Source: Candidatus Uhrbacteria bacterium (GTDB lineage Bacteria > Patescibacteriota > Patescibacteriia > UBA9934 > GWF2-40-263). Taken from it: 44,083 nt of DNA. The stretch covers positions 1 to 44,083 of the forward strand of contig JAZDHJ010000058.1 in the NCBI GenBank assembly GCA_043805995.1. The letters are read 5' to 3'. A model generated the notes under the pieces. The model was not told the DNA's origin. It ran no database searches and saw only the letters and a list, made by a program, of their open reading frames with translations. This document shows, in pieces, positions 16,027 through 24,876 of the stretch. Each line of letters begins with the position of its first letter. The first letter of the stretch is position 1. The position numbers and the translations under genes were made by a program.

Positions 16027-17928
16027 ATGGGCGAACAAAATCAAAGCGAGGCGGGCATGCGTGAACAGCGAGCCGAGGTGCTCTTATGGTTTTTAAGAAC
16101 TGCAGAAAAAAAGGAAGCCATATTTTCTGACGAACAACACAAAAGACAGTTTGTTGAAAATTTAACGGCCGAAGGTTTTTTGCAATTCCTTAATGGTATA
16201 AACGGTATTTTGCGTGGCAAGAAAAAAACCGATTGGCAAATGGACGGCGAGACCGTTGCGGTTGTCCAGATGATTTTTGGGGTAGGATTTAGTAACGAAC
16301 TTATTCCGCCGGCCTATGAGGATAAACCTGAGTTATTAGAAAAAGTTTTGTCAACAGCGAAAGCAATGAGTCGAGCAGGAAAAAGTTTTGAAGATATTGC
16401 TTTAGTTATTTCGGCCGCTATTAATGCTGTCCATCCTTTTAACGATGGTAATGGCCGAACCAGCCGAATTGTTTATCAATTATTAACCAAAGGTTTTAGC
16501 GAAGAAAATAAAAAAGAATTGCAGGCTGTATTGCTCGAGTTTGGGCGGGATACAGTTGATATCAATCCCGGATTAATTCAGGTGGAGATTAACGATCTTG
16601 TGAAAAAAGAGGTTGACGTTGATAATCCTGAAAAAAATCCTGAAAACATGACTAATCTTTTTAGCCAATTAAACCCAAGGGAGATAACTTTCAGACAAGA
16701 AACTGATGAAAATATCAGGGAAATTTTTTTAGGCCTTTGTAGAAAAGAACAGAGAAACCTTTTTCTAAGCGTTTTTTTGTTTTTTCAGAATAACCCTGGT
16801 TTAAATAGAACGGATTTTATAAAAGAATTCCCCGGCCGTTCGGTTATTTTGATTGAAAAGCTGGCGGAAAATTTAAACCAAGAACAATTCAGTCAGATTT
16901 TACAAAACTATCGAAATTTAAAAAAGCGTTACGTTGAGATTTTGATTGAAGCGCTCGCCGAACCGGAAAATGAAAAATATCAAATTGAAATCGACGGACA
17001 AAAAATTTCTTTAAAAACTCTTTTTGAAAACAGAATGAAGGAGAATCAAGCAGAGACGGCTCAAAAAGAAAGAGAAAGAAAAGAAACAGCAGAGTCTGAA
17101 GCCAAAAAAATAGCAGCCATTAAGGAAAGAGAAGAATCAATAAAAAGACATTTTGAAAAAGGCGAAGGAAGCTATAAAATTTTTGAGGCCTCTGAAATAA
17201 ACTCAATTAGGAAAATTGAGCGCCGAGTCGCGGAAATTTCTGTAATTAATACAACTGAATTTTCGGCTGAACAAAAAATTAATATTCTAAAGGAAACGCT
17301 TTTTTCTTTGGCCCAAAAAATTAATCCGAAAGTCTCGATTTCTCACGAGATGATTAACACCTTTGTCGAGAAAAGGAAAGATAAAATATCAGAATCTGTC
17401 GTTCATTTCCAAAAAGTTTTGGAAATAATGAATTATTTGGAAAATTCCGATTTCTTTATTTCAAAGATTAACACCTCAACAAATAATGAAGAAGTGTTTT
17501 TTGATCAGGCTGAATTGGACAATCGTAAAGACCTGACTCGTTTTTTTGATGATTTATTTTCTCAGTCGATTTATTATATCAGTCCGAGTGGTATGTCTTT
17601 ACGTTTAAAACTTTTTGAAATTGCATCTGGACAAATGACCAAAGTTATTCAACCGACAGCCGAGCAGATTTTTTATAATGATGAAATGATCGACTATACC
17701 GATAAAAAAGTTATAAAAATTTCTGATTTATCGCCCGAACCAGGAAAGTTTGTTTTTGAAATCATTTCACCTGAATTTAGGCAAGCTGTTTTGCAAGCTG
17801 GTTCGACTCAAGATTCTATTAAATCAGGCGTTGGTGTCATCTCAGATCAAGACGAAATTTATGTTAATATTCCAAGAGGCGCAATACTTCATTCCGGCTG
17901 GCGAGTGGTAAATATCACACAAATATAA
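16027..17928 (+). CDS. Fic-domain protein with long C-terminal extension
   Basis: 633 aa. Canonical Fic motif HPFNDGNGRTSR. Charged coiled-coil-like middle (QAETAQKERERKETAESEAKK). C-terminal 250 aa unrecognised. Confidence 0.85.
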   Translation: MGEQNQSEAGMREQRAEVLLWFLRTAEKKEAIFSDEQHKRQFVENLTAEGFLQFLNGINGILRGKKKTDWQMDGETVAVVQMIFGVGFSNELIPPAYEDKPELLEKVLSTAKAMSRAGKSFEDIALVISAAINAVHPFNDGNGRTSRIVYQLLTKGFSEENKKELQAVLLEFGRDTVDINPGLIQVEINDLVKKEVDVDNPEKNPENMTNLFSQLNPREITFRQETDENIREIFLGLCRKEQRNLFLSVFLFFQNNPGLNRTDFIKEFPGRSVILIEKLAENLNQEQFSQILQNYRNLKKRYVEILIEALAEPENEKYQIEIDGQKISLKTLFENRMKENQAETAQKERERKETAESEAKKIAAIKEREESIKRHFEKGEGSYKIFEASEINSIRKIERRVAEISVINTTEFSAEQKINILKETLFSLAQKINPKVSISHEMINTFVEKRKDKISESVVHFQKVLEIMNYLENSDFFISKINTSTNNEEVFFDQAELDNRKDLTRFFDDLFSQSIYYISPSGMSLRLKLFEIASGQMTKVIQPTAEQIFYNDEMIDYTDKKVIKISDLSPEPGKFVFEIISPEFRQAVLQAGSTQDSIKSGVGVISDQDEIYVNIPRGAILHSGWRVVNITQI

Positions 17929-17955
17929 TAAATTCCAAACAAACGAGCTTCCTTC

Positions 17956-18035
17956 ATTTGACATTCTCCCGCCGGCGTAGGACTTTGACGGGATCCCGCC
18001 AAAAGCCTCTGTCGGCGGGAGATCAATTTGACATT
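17956..18035. repeat. 60-bp GC-rich palindromic mini-element flanked by a 10-bp direct repeat
   Basis: atttgacatt at 17956-17965 and 18026-18035. Between them ctcccgccg...cggcgggag (9-10 bp terminal stems). Confidence 0.6.
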
Positions 18036-18052
18036 AGAAATTTCCAACACCT

Positions 18053-18605
18053 ATGTCCACCCAAATCACCTACTTCGTTCACGGCACCACGACTGACAAT
18101 GAAAAAGAAATTTCTTCCGGTTGTTTTGACGTTGAACTTTCCGAACTTGGCATCAAACAATCGATCGAATTAAAAAATCAAATTGCTGATAAAAAGTTCG
18201 ATGTGATTTTTTGTTCAGATTTAAAACGTGCTGTTGATTCGGCCCAACTAACTTTTGGTGATATGGGGGGGGCTACAGATAATCCAAGACTCGAGATTGC
18301 GCGAGTGTGATTATGGTGATTTTAACGCTCAACTGTCGAGTATTGTCGAACCACTCCAAGAAAAAAATATCACCACCAGATTTCCAAACGGCGAAAGTTA
18401 CGAAGATGTAAAAAATCGCCTGGCCGATTTCCTAAAATTTCTCAAAGAAAATTACGACAGTAAACACGTGGTCATCGTCGCTCACAAAGCACCGCAATTG
18501 GCCCTCGATGTACTTTTGAAAAACAAAACCTGGACCCAAGCTTTTGCTGAAGACTGGCGAAAAAGAAAGGCCTGGCAGCCGGGGTGGGAGTATTTTTTGG
18601 AGTAA
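18053..18605 (+). pseudogene. Histidine phosphatase (phosphoglycerate-mutase-like) split by a frameshift in a G8 run
   Basis: ORFs 18053..18310 and 18255..18605 are the N- and C-halves of one family member (YFVHGTT... / RLRECDYGDF...VAHKAP). G8 tract at 18265-18272; removing one G restores the frame. Confidence 0.8.
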
Positions 18606-18774
18606 GGGGATTTATCGGTTTTGGGCGTTGCAGGGCTCTAAAAAAGGGCTTTAGGGGCATGAAGAGTTCTATTTTAAGGAAATAAATTCTTTGCCTTAGC
18701 GCCCCATAATGCCCCTGACCCCACCCCTTAACGCCCCGTAATAAAAAACCCAACCACCCGTTAAAAAGGCTGTT
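18606..18774. repeat. Imperfect palindrome of G-rich and C-rich words
   Basis: GGGGatttatcggttttGGGcgttgcaGGG...GGGctttaGGGG, then CCCCataatgCCCCtgaCCCCaCCCCttaacgCCCC. Confidence 0.75.
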
Positions 18775-19581
18775 ATGAAAATTTCCAGAATTGAACATCC
18801 TTTTTTATATAACCTTAATGTTTTGCGACATCGATGGTTTTGGTGGTTTCGCGAGATTTTAAGTTTTAAAAAATTTGCTCGTGAGAAAACCGAGATTGAT
18901 TTGCCTTTTAAAATTTTTACTCACAAATCTGTTTTGATTCGCAAACTTGGTAATTCTGATGTTCGCTTGCAGCTTCAGAAAATCAAAAACCTTAGTTTGG
19001 CGGCGCCAACGATTCATCAAGTTTTGATCAAACCCGGCGAAACTTTTTCCTACTGGGATTTGATTGGTGAACCATCAGCTCGCCGTGGTTACGTGGAAGG
19101 CATGCTATTGTCCCAAGGCGAGGTGATTGCCGGGGTAGGTGGTGGTTTGTGTCAGTTGGCTAATTTGCTTTACTGGATGGCTATTCATACGCCACTCACC
19201 ATCACCGAACGCCATCGTCACAGTTTTGACGCTTTCCCGGATTCCGGTCGAACCTTGCCGTTTGCGAGCGGTGCCACGGTTTTTTACAATTACGTCGATC
19301 TGCAGTTTCGAAACGATACGGCAGCAGCTTTTGAAATTAAAGTTTGGCTCGATGAAGAATTTTTACACGGCGAGATTCTCACCGATCGAGAGTTACCGAC
19401 AAGGTACCACATCGTCGAGCGAGACCATCGATTTTTTATCGATGAAAAAACTGGCAAAACCATGCGAGAAAATAAATTGTTTCGACAAATAGTCGATGTC
19501 AGAACAGGGAAGATGATTAAAGAAGAATTGGTCTGTGAAAATGTGGCTGAAGTTAAATATCCGGTCAGTTTTTCCAATTAA
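18775..19581 (+). CDS. VanW-family protein
   Basis: 268 aa. GGGLCQLANLLYW core and surrounding VanW pattern. Confidence 0.8.
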   Translation: MKISRIEHPFLYNLNVLRHRWFWWFREILSFKKFAREKTEIDLPFKIFTHKSVLIRKLGNSDVRLQLQKIKNLSLAAPTIHQVLIKPGETFSYWDLIGEPSARRGYVEGMLLSQGEVIAGVGGGLCQLANLLYWMAIHTPLTITERHRHSFDAFPDSGRTLPFASGATVFYNYVDLQFRNDTAAAFEIKVWLDEEFLHGEILTDRELPTRYHIVERDHRFFIDEKTGKTMRENKLFRQIVDVRTGKMIKEELVCENVAEVKYPVSFSN

Positions 19582-19610
19582 CCCACCTGTCATCCTGGTC
19601 ACACAAAATT

Positions 19611-19642
19611 AAAAATACCGATCAAATCTGATCGGTATTTTA
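19611..19642. terminator. Bidirectional intrinsic terminator between convergent genes
   Basis: aaaaataccgatc-aaatct-gatcggtatttt: perfect 9-bp stem flanked by an A-run and a T-run. Confidence 0.8.
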
Positions 19643-19651
19643 TTTTTGTTT

Positions 19652-20182
19652 TTAGTTTGTTCTTTGTGGAAATGGCTTCATGGCCAAGACTTCTTGAACA
19701 TCGTTTAAAGGCAAAATTTCATGAACAACCAATTTGTCAGCCAAGGCACCAAGTTTTTTATCTTCGTCTCTTATTAGGTCAATTGAATCTGTTTTATGAT
19801 CAGACAATTTATCATCAAGATATTCCTTGGTCACCATGTTGTTTTTTATACTACTAATATCGTTTTCAATCTTTTCAAAACGAACTTCTGTGTGAGAAGC
19901 AAAAGAATTGATTGTTTCCAAGACGTCTTGAACTGTCGTTGAGAGGTTGTCTACCGTTGAAGAAAGACTATTTACCGTCGTCGATAGACTTTCTGCTGTC
20001 GTTGAAAGACTATCGACTTTTGAGGAAAGACTATTTACCGTCGTTGAAAGATTACCCACTGTTGAGGAAAGACTATCAACTTTTGATGATAAATTATCAA
20101 AATTTGAAGAAAGCCCTTTGACCTCTTTCATGATTTCTTGATTTGTCGGTTGAATGTCTACTGAATCCATATACAAAAACAT
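19652..20182 (-). CDS. Ser/Thr-rich heptad-repeat protein
   Basis: 176 aa. Nine consecutive heptads LSSxVDx/LSTTVxx, then a charged helical C-half. Confidence 0.65.
   Translation of the reverse strand: MFLYMDSVDIQPTNQEIMKEVKGLSSNFDNLSSKVDSLSSTVGNLSTTVNSLSSKVDSLSTTAESLSTTVNSLSSTVDNLSTTVQDVLETINSFASHTEVRFEKIENDISSIKNNMVTKEYLDDKLSDHKTDSIDLIRDEDKKLGALADKLVVHEILPLNDVQEVLAMKPFPQRTN
19925..20113 (-). repeat. Tandem 21-bp coding repeat (nine units)
   Basis: Encodes LSSNFDN LSSKVDS LSSTVGN LSTTVNS LSSKVDS LSTTAES LSTTVNS LSSTVDN LSTTVQD. Confidence 0.85.
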
Positions 20183-20311
20183 TTGAAATAATTAAACTAA
20201 AGAATATTTTGAGAATATCAGGAAAAGACAAAAAAATCAAGTGGATAAAATCATTCGTTTTTTCATTTTCTAGACCTTTTTTTCAAAATCCTCTACAATA
20301 AACAAACTAAT

Positions 20312-22270
20312 ATGACCTCCAACGAACTTCGCCAAGCTTATTTGAATTTTTTTAAAGAAAAGGGGCATGCAATTATCCCTTCGGCTTCTTTGATTCCGGA
20401 AAATGATCCAACAACTTTGTTTACCAGTTCCGGTATGCAACCAATGGTGCCGTATTTGCTTGGCGAAATTCATCCAAACGGGACAAGAATTACTGACTCT
20501 CAAAAGTCTTTTCGAACCCAGGACGTTGAGGAAGTTGGTGATAATCGCCACACAACTTTTTTCGAAATGCTTGGCAACTGGTCTTTGGGTGATTATTTTA
20601 AGGCCGAACAAATTCCTTGGATGTTTGAGTTTTTGACCAAAACCGTTGGCTTAAATCCAGAAAAATTATTTGTTACTTGTTTTCGGGGTAAGGAAGAAAT
20701 TGGTATTCCTAAGGACGAAGAAGCTGCCGAGTTGTGGCAGCAACAATTTAAAACGGTTGGCCTCGAAGCAAAAATTGTTGATTTTCCTGAACGCGACGGT
20801 TTGCAAAATGGTCGAATATTTTTTTACGATGAAAAGAAAAATTGGTGGAGCCGGGCCGGTATAACCGAAAAAATGCCGGTCGGTGAACCGGGTGGTCCTG
20901 ATTCGGAAATGTTTTGGGATTTTGGGTCTGAACTAAATTTGCACGAGAATTCTGAGTGGAAAAACGAACCTTGTCATGTAAATTGCGATTGTGGTCGATT
21001 TATGGAAATCGGCAACAACGTTTTCATGGCCTACAAAAAAACCGAATCTGGTTTTGAATCACTTAAAAATAAAAATGTCGATTTCGGTGGCGGTTTCGAA
21101 AGAATTGCTGCTGCTTTGAATGGTGATCCGGACATGTTTAAAATTGATCTGTTTGCCGGTCCACTCAAATTACTCGAGGAATTATCCGGAAAGAAATATG
21201 GAGACAAAGGAGACAATGAGTATATAAACGACGGAAAGCAATGTTGGGTTGATGTAAGAAAACAATTTCGGGTTATCTTGGACCATCTGCGAGCGGCGAC
21301 ATTTTTAATTGGTGATGGAGCTTTGCCTTCAAATAAAGATCAAGGTTATTTTACTCGTCGACTTATTCGTCGCTCGGTTCGTTTTGCCCGAGACTTGAAT
21401 ATTCAAGAAAATTTTTGTGCCAAGGTCGGAGAAATTTATATTGATGAGTATCAAGAAGCTTATCCGGATTTAAAAAATAAAAAGGCCGAAGTGTTGGCTG
21501 AATTAGAAAAAGAAGAAAAAAGATTTCGGGAAACCTTGGAAGATGGTATAAAGGAGTTCGATAAGTTGTTAAAGGGTTTTGAAGTAGCTTTTCAAAAAAC
21601 TGGTCAAAAAGTTACTGAGATTTCTGGCAAGCAGGCTTTTAAATTGTATGACACTTACGGTTTTCCTTTAGAGATGACCGAGGAAATGGCCAAGGAAAAC
21701 AGTTTAACAATTGATAGCGAAGGTTTTAAACAAGCTTTTGTTGCTCACAAAGACCTTTCTCGGGCCGGGGCCGAGCAAAAATTTGCCGGTGGTCTGGCTG
21801 ATCATTCGGTCGAAACCACTAAACTTCATACGGCCACCCACTTGCTCCAAGCTGCTTTGCGAAAAATTCTTGGTCCGCATGTTTTCCAAAAAGGTTCGAA
21901 TATTACGGTCGAACGTCTGCGCTTCGATTTTTCTCATCCGGAGAAAGTGACTCCAGAACAACTTAAGGCGGCCGAAGACATGGTAAACGAGGCGATCAAT
22001 AAAAATTTATCGGTCAATTGTCAGATGATGGATTTAGTTGAAGCCAAGGCGGCCGCGGCCATTGGGGTGTTCGATGACAAGTATGAAAAACTCGGTGGTC
22101 AGGTTAAAGTTTATACAATCGGCTTAGAACAGGCTGGGGAAAACTCGGTTAGCCGCGAAGTTTGCGGCGGTCCGCACGTGGAAAAAACTGGCGATTTAGG
22201 CCATTTTAAAATCATTAAAGAAGAGGCGGTTTCCGCTGGGGTTCGCAGAATTAAAGCGGTTTTGGCATAA
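20312..22270 (+). CDS. alaS: Alanine--tRNA ligase (short form, no C-Ala domain)
   Basis: 652 aa. LRQAYLNFFKEKGH..PSASL.P..DPT.LFTSSGM N-terminus, editing-domain HTATHLL and CGGPHV. Ends right after the editing domain. Confidence 0.95.
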   Translation: MTSNELRQAYLNFFKEKGHAIIPSASLIPENDPTTLFTSSGMQPMVPYLLGEIHPNGTRITDSQKSFRTQDVEEVGDNRHTTFFEMLGNWSLGDYFKAEQIPWMFEFLTKTVGLNPEKLFVTCFRGKEEIGIPKDEEAAELWQQQFKTVGLEAKIVDFPERDGLQNGRIFFYDEKKNWWSRAGITEKMPVGEPGGPDSEMFWDFGSELNLHENSEWKNEPCHVNCDCGRFMEIGNNVFMAYKKTESGFESLKNKNVDFGGGFERIAAALNGDPDMFKIDLFAGPLKLLEELSGKKYGDKGDNEYINDGKQCWVDVRKQFRVILDHLRAATFLIGDGALPSNKDQGYFTRRLIRRSVRFARDLNIQENFCAKVGEIYIDEYQEAYPDLKNKKAEVLAELEKEEKRFRETLEDGIKEFDKLLKGFEVAFQKTGQKVTEISGKQAFKLYDTYGFPLEMTEEMAKENSLTIDSEGFKQAFVAHKDLSRAGAEQKFAGGLADHSVETTKLHTATHLLQAALRKILGPHVFQKGSNITVERLRFDFSHPEKVTPEQLKAAEDMVNEAINKNLSVNCQMMDLVEAKAAAAIGVFDDKYEKLGGQVKVYTIGLEQAGENSVSREVCGGPHVEKTGDLGHFKIIKEEAVSAGVRRIKAVLA

Positions 22271-22463
22271 ATATCTTAATAACTAATTTACAATCAGCTC
22301 AATTTTCTTGACAGGATAATTTAAAAGGCCTACTATATTGCCGTTCCAAGTATCCACAAGGGCCTTGCAATTTTCCGCTGATTTGATAGAATTTTCGCAC
22401 TTATGACCCGCGACATTTAAGTCGGAGCATTATGCTATGGGTCATAGTGAGCAACGTCGAACT

Positions 22464-22688
22464 ATGGTCGATCAGGTCTCAAAAGATTATTTGGAGGTTC
22501 GGGGAACAGTTGAAGAACTGCTACCTGGTGCCAAATTCAAAATTAAACTGGAAAACGGTCAAACTATTTTTGGTCATCTTTCTGGCAAAATGCGCATGAA
22601 TCGCATTCGACTTTTGCCAGGCGACGAAGTTAAGGTGGAAATTAGTATGTACGATCTTACCAAAGGTCGTGTCGTCTACCGTTTTTAA
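22464..22688 (+). CDS. infA: Translation initiation factor IF-1
   Basis: 74 aa from ATG 22464 (the track ORF starts at 22437, inside a 7-bp stem atgaccc/gggtcat). S1-like GTV.E.LP...F...LENG......SGKMR.N.IR.L.GD.V.VE...YDL.KGR.V.R. Confidence 0.85.
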   Translation: MVDQVSKDYLEVRGTVEELLPGAKFKIKLENGQTIFGHLSGKMRMNRIRLLPGDEVKVEISMYDLTKGRVVYRF

Positions 22689-22700
22689 CTAACAAGTTTC

Positions 22701-22728
22701 GCGTCATCGAATGCACGTTCGATGACGC
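22701..22728 (+). terminator. Perfect 11-bp-stem hairpin between infA and rpmJ (attenuator or terminator)
   Basis: gcgtcatcgaa-tgcacg-ttcgatgacgc, followed by a partly T-rich tail. Confidence 0.45.
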
Positions 22729-22748
22729 TTGTGCGTTTTCTATATTTT

Positions 22749-22862
22749 ATGAAAGTCCGCGCGTCAGTCAAAAAAATCTGCCGTGATTGCCAAGTTATCC
22801 GTCGCAATCGCTGTGTCTGTGTCATCTGTAAAAATCCTCGTCATAAACAACGACAAGGCTAA
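22749..22862 (+). CDS. rpmJ: 50S ribosomal protein L36
   Basis: 37 aa [37 protein letters not shown]. Found by eye (below track cutoff). Confidence 0.9.
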   Translation: MKVRASVKKICRDCQVIRRNRCVCVICKNPRHKQRQG

Positions 22863-22873
22863 TTATTATTAAT

Positions 22874-23221
22874 ATGAGAAGCCCAGAATTTAATAGACCA
22901 CCAAGAATGTCCAACGACGAAATATTGACCCAGGCTAAACAACGAGCTTTAAAAGAAGCACATCAAGACGGACTACAAATAGGAACCGTCGTAGGTCTTT
23001 ATTACGGAACAGCCGGTGGAGACGGAAAAAGTTACGAACTTTTAGAAGTGAACGGTGATACCGCGGTAATAGGCTACGAAAATAAGACAGATGGTAAAAT
23101 TAGAAAAGAAGCACCTTTAAAAGACTTGCTCGATGTCAATCGTGTTCAAGATATTGCTTTTGAAATAAAAAGCGCAAACATACTTACTCCCGAGGTGCTG
23201 GATTCTGAGGTGCTGAATTAA
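22874..23221 (+). CDS. Hypothetical protein inserted between rpmJ and rpsM
   Basis: 115-aa ORF starting 12 nt after the rpmJ stop. No recognised domain. Confidence 0.55.
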   Translation: MRSPEFNRPPRMSNDEILTQAKQRALKEAHQDGLQIGTVVGLYYGTAGGDGKSYELLEVNGDTAVIGYENKTDGKIRKEAPLKDLLDVNRVQDIAFEIKSANILTPEVLDSEVLN

Positions 23222-23383
23222 AAACGTCCAATTCCTAATGTCAAATAACAAATGATGGAGTTAATTATTCTAGGGATTAAAGCTTCCTTAATTCAATAAT
23301 TAAATAATTTGAAAATTTAATAATTTCAATCCTTCCTTCATTAGACATTTGACATTTAATAATTAGAAATTCCCAAAAATGTT

Positions 23384-23770
23384 ATGGCACGTATTGCTGG
23401 TATCACTCTTCCTGCTAACAAGCGCATCATTATCGCGCTGACTTATATTTACGGCGTTGGCCCAACTACGGCCAAAAAAGTTTTAAAGGACGCCGGAATC
23501 AGTGAAGACATTCGTTCTAAAGATTTAACCGACGACCAAGCTAACAAAATCCGCGAACTCGTGGAAAAAAGCTATCGTGTCGAAGGTGATTTGCGCCGCG
23601 AGGTTTTTGGTAACATTAAACGTCTTAAAGATATTGTTTGTTATCGCGGTCTTCGTCATATCAAACGTTTACCATGCCATGGTCAGCGGACCAAAACCAA
23701 TTCTCGCACTGTTCGTGGTAACGTTCGACGTACCATGGGCAGCGGTCGTCGTGCTTTAACTAAGACCTAA
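23384..23770 (+). CDS. rpsM: 30S ribosomal protein S13
   Basis: 128 aa. [22 protein letters not shown]. Confidence 0.95.
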   Translation: MARIAGITLPANKRIIIALTYIYGVGPTTAKKVLKDAGISEDIRSKDLTDDQANKIRELVEKSYRVEGDLRREVFGNIKRLKDIVCYRGLRHIKRLPCHGQRTKTNSRTVRGNVRRTMGSGRRALTKT

Positions 23771-23848
23771 TTTTTATGGCAGAAGAAGAAAAAAAATCTG
23801 AAGGCAAGACTGAAGCTAAGACTAAGGCCAAAGCTCCAGCTAAAAAGA

Positions 23849-24220
23849 ATGCCAAAAAAAAAGGTGGCTCGTCAGGTTCCACACGGTTGTGTTTATGTGC
23901 ACGCCACTTTTAATAACACTATCGTTACTTTAACTGATTTGAATGGTAATACCTTGGCTTGGGCCTCGTCTGGTCACTGTGGTTTCAAAGGTCCAAAAAA
24001 AGCCACACCTTACGCCGCTGGTATAGTGGTTAAAGCCGTGGTGGAAAAAGTTGCTGATTTTGGTTTACATGAAGTTAATGTTTTCTTAACCGGTGTCGGT
24101 TCTGGTCGCGATGCGGCGGTTCGTGCTTTAAATGCTAACGGTTTATCAGTTCTAAGCATCAAAGACATGACTCCGTTACCACATAACGGTTGCCGCCCAC
24201 CACGAGCTCGTCGTATCTAA
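23849..24220 (+). CDS. rpsK: 30S ribosomal protein S11 (start uncertain, see A9 tract)
   Basis: 123 aa. HATFNNTIVTLTD, core S11 blocks. An upstream ATG at 23776 opens a Lys/Ala-rich ORF that meets this frame at the A9 run 23854-23862. Confidence 0.9.
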   Translation: MPKKKVARQVPHGCVYVHATFNNTIVTLTDLNGNTLAWASSGHCGFKGPKKATPYAAGIVVKAVVEKVADFGLHEVNVFLTGVGSGRDAAVRALNANGLSVLSIKDMTPLPHNGCRPPRARRI

Positions 24221-24244
24221 GGCTAAAAATCAAAGAATGATCTT

Positions 24245-24859
24245 ATGGGTAAAACCTTGAAAACAACTTGTAAAATGTGTCGTCGCGAAGGCGTTTCGCT
24301 TTGCGGTAAGGAAAGATGCGCCTTAAAACGCCGTTCCTCTTTGCCTGGCCAACACGGTCCGACACAAAAAAATCCTCGACTTTCCAGCTATGGGCTTCAG
24401 CTACGTGAAAAGCAAAAAGCCAAGCGCCTTTATGGCATCATGGAAACTCAGTTTCGCCGATATTTCGACGACGCTCGTCGTAAAAAAGGTAATACTTCAG
24501 AATTTTTAATTCGGGCCCTTGAACTTCGTTTAGATAACGTTGTTTACCGTCTAGGTTTTGCTAAAACTCGTCGTCAGGCCAGACAAATGGTTAACCACGG
24601 TTTCTTCTCAGTTAATGGTCAGTTAGTTGATATTCCTTCTTTTGCCACAAAAATCGGTCAAGAAATTGCTGTTAAGGAAAATAAACGCAACAAAAAACTG
24701 ATCGATAGCATGCGTGAACAATTGGTCAAGGCCACCGCACCAAAGTGGCTTCACACAACTCCAGCCGATCTTAAGGGTAAGGTGGTAACTTTGCCAGAAG
24801 GCGAAGATTTACAGACAGTCTTCGATCCAACCCTGATCGTTGAGTTGTATTCAAGATAA
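24245..24859 (+). CDS. rpsD: 30S ribosomal protein S4
   Basis: 204 aa. N-terminal Cys-containing CKMCRREG, S4 domain LDNVVYRLGFA.TR.QARQ.V.HG. Confidence 0.95.
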   Translation: MGKTLKTTCKMCRREGVSLCGKERCALKRRSSLPGQHGPTQKNPRLSSYGLQLREKQKAKRLYGIMETQFRRYFDDARRKKGNTSEFLIRALELRLDNVVYRLGFAKTRRQARQMVNHGFFSVNGQLVDIPSFATKIGQEIAVKENKRNKKLIDSMREQLVKATAPKWLHTTPADLKGKVVTLPEGEDLQTVFDPTLIVELYSR

Positions 24860-24876
24860 CCTAAACTTTTTAATTT

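Noticed and set aside
19925-20113. Regular 21-bp repeats as a possible CRISPR-like array
   Set aside because: The units are contiguous without spacers and sit in frame within a 176-aa ORF encoding heptads. There are no cas genes.
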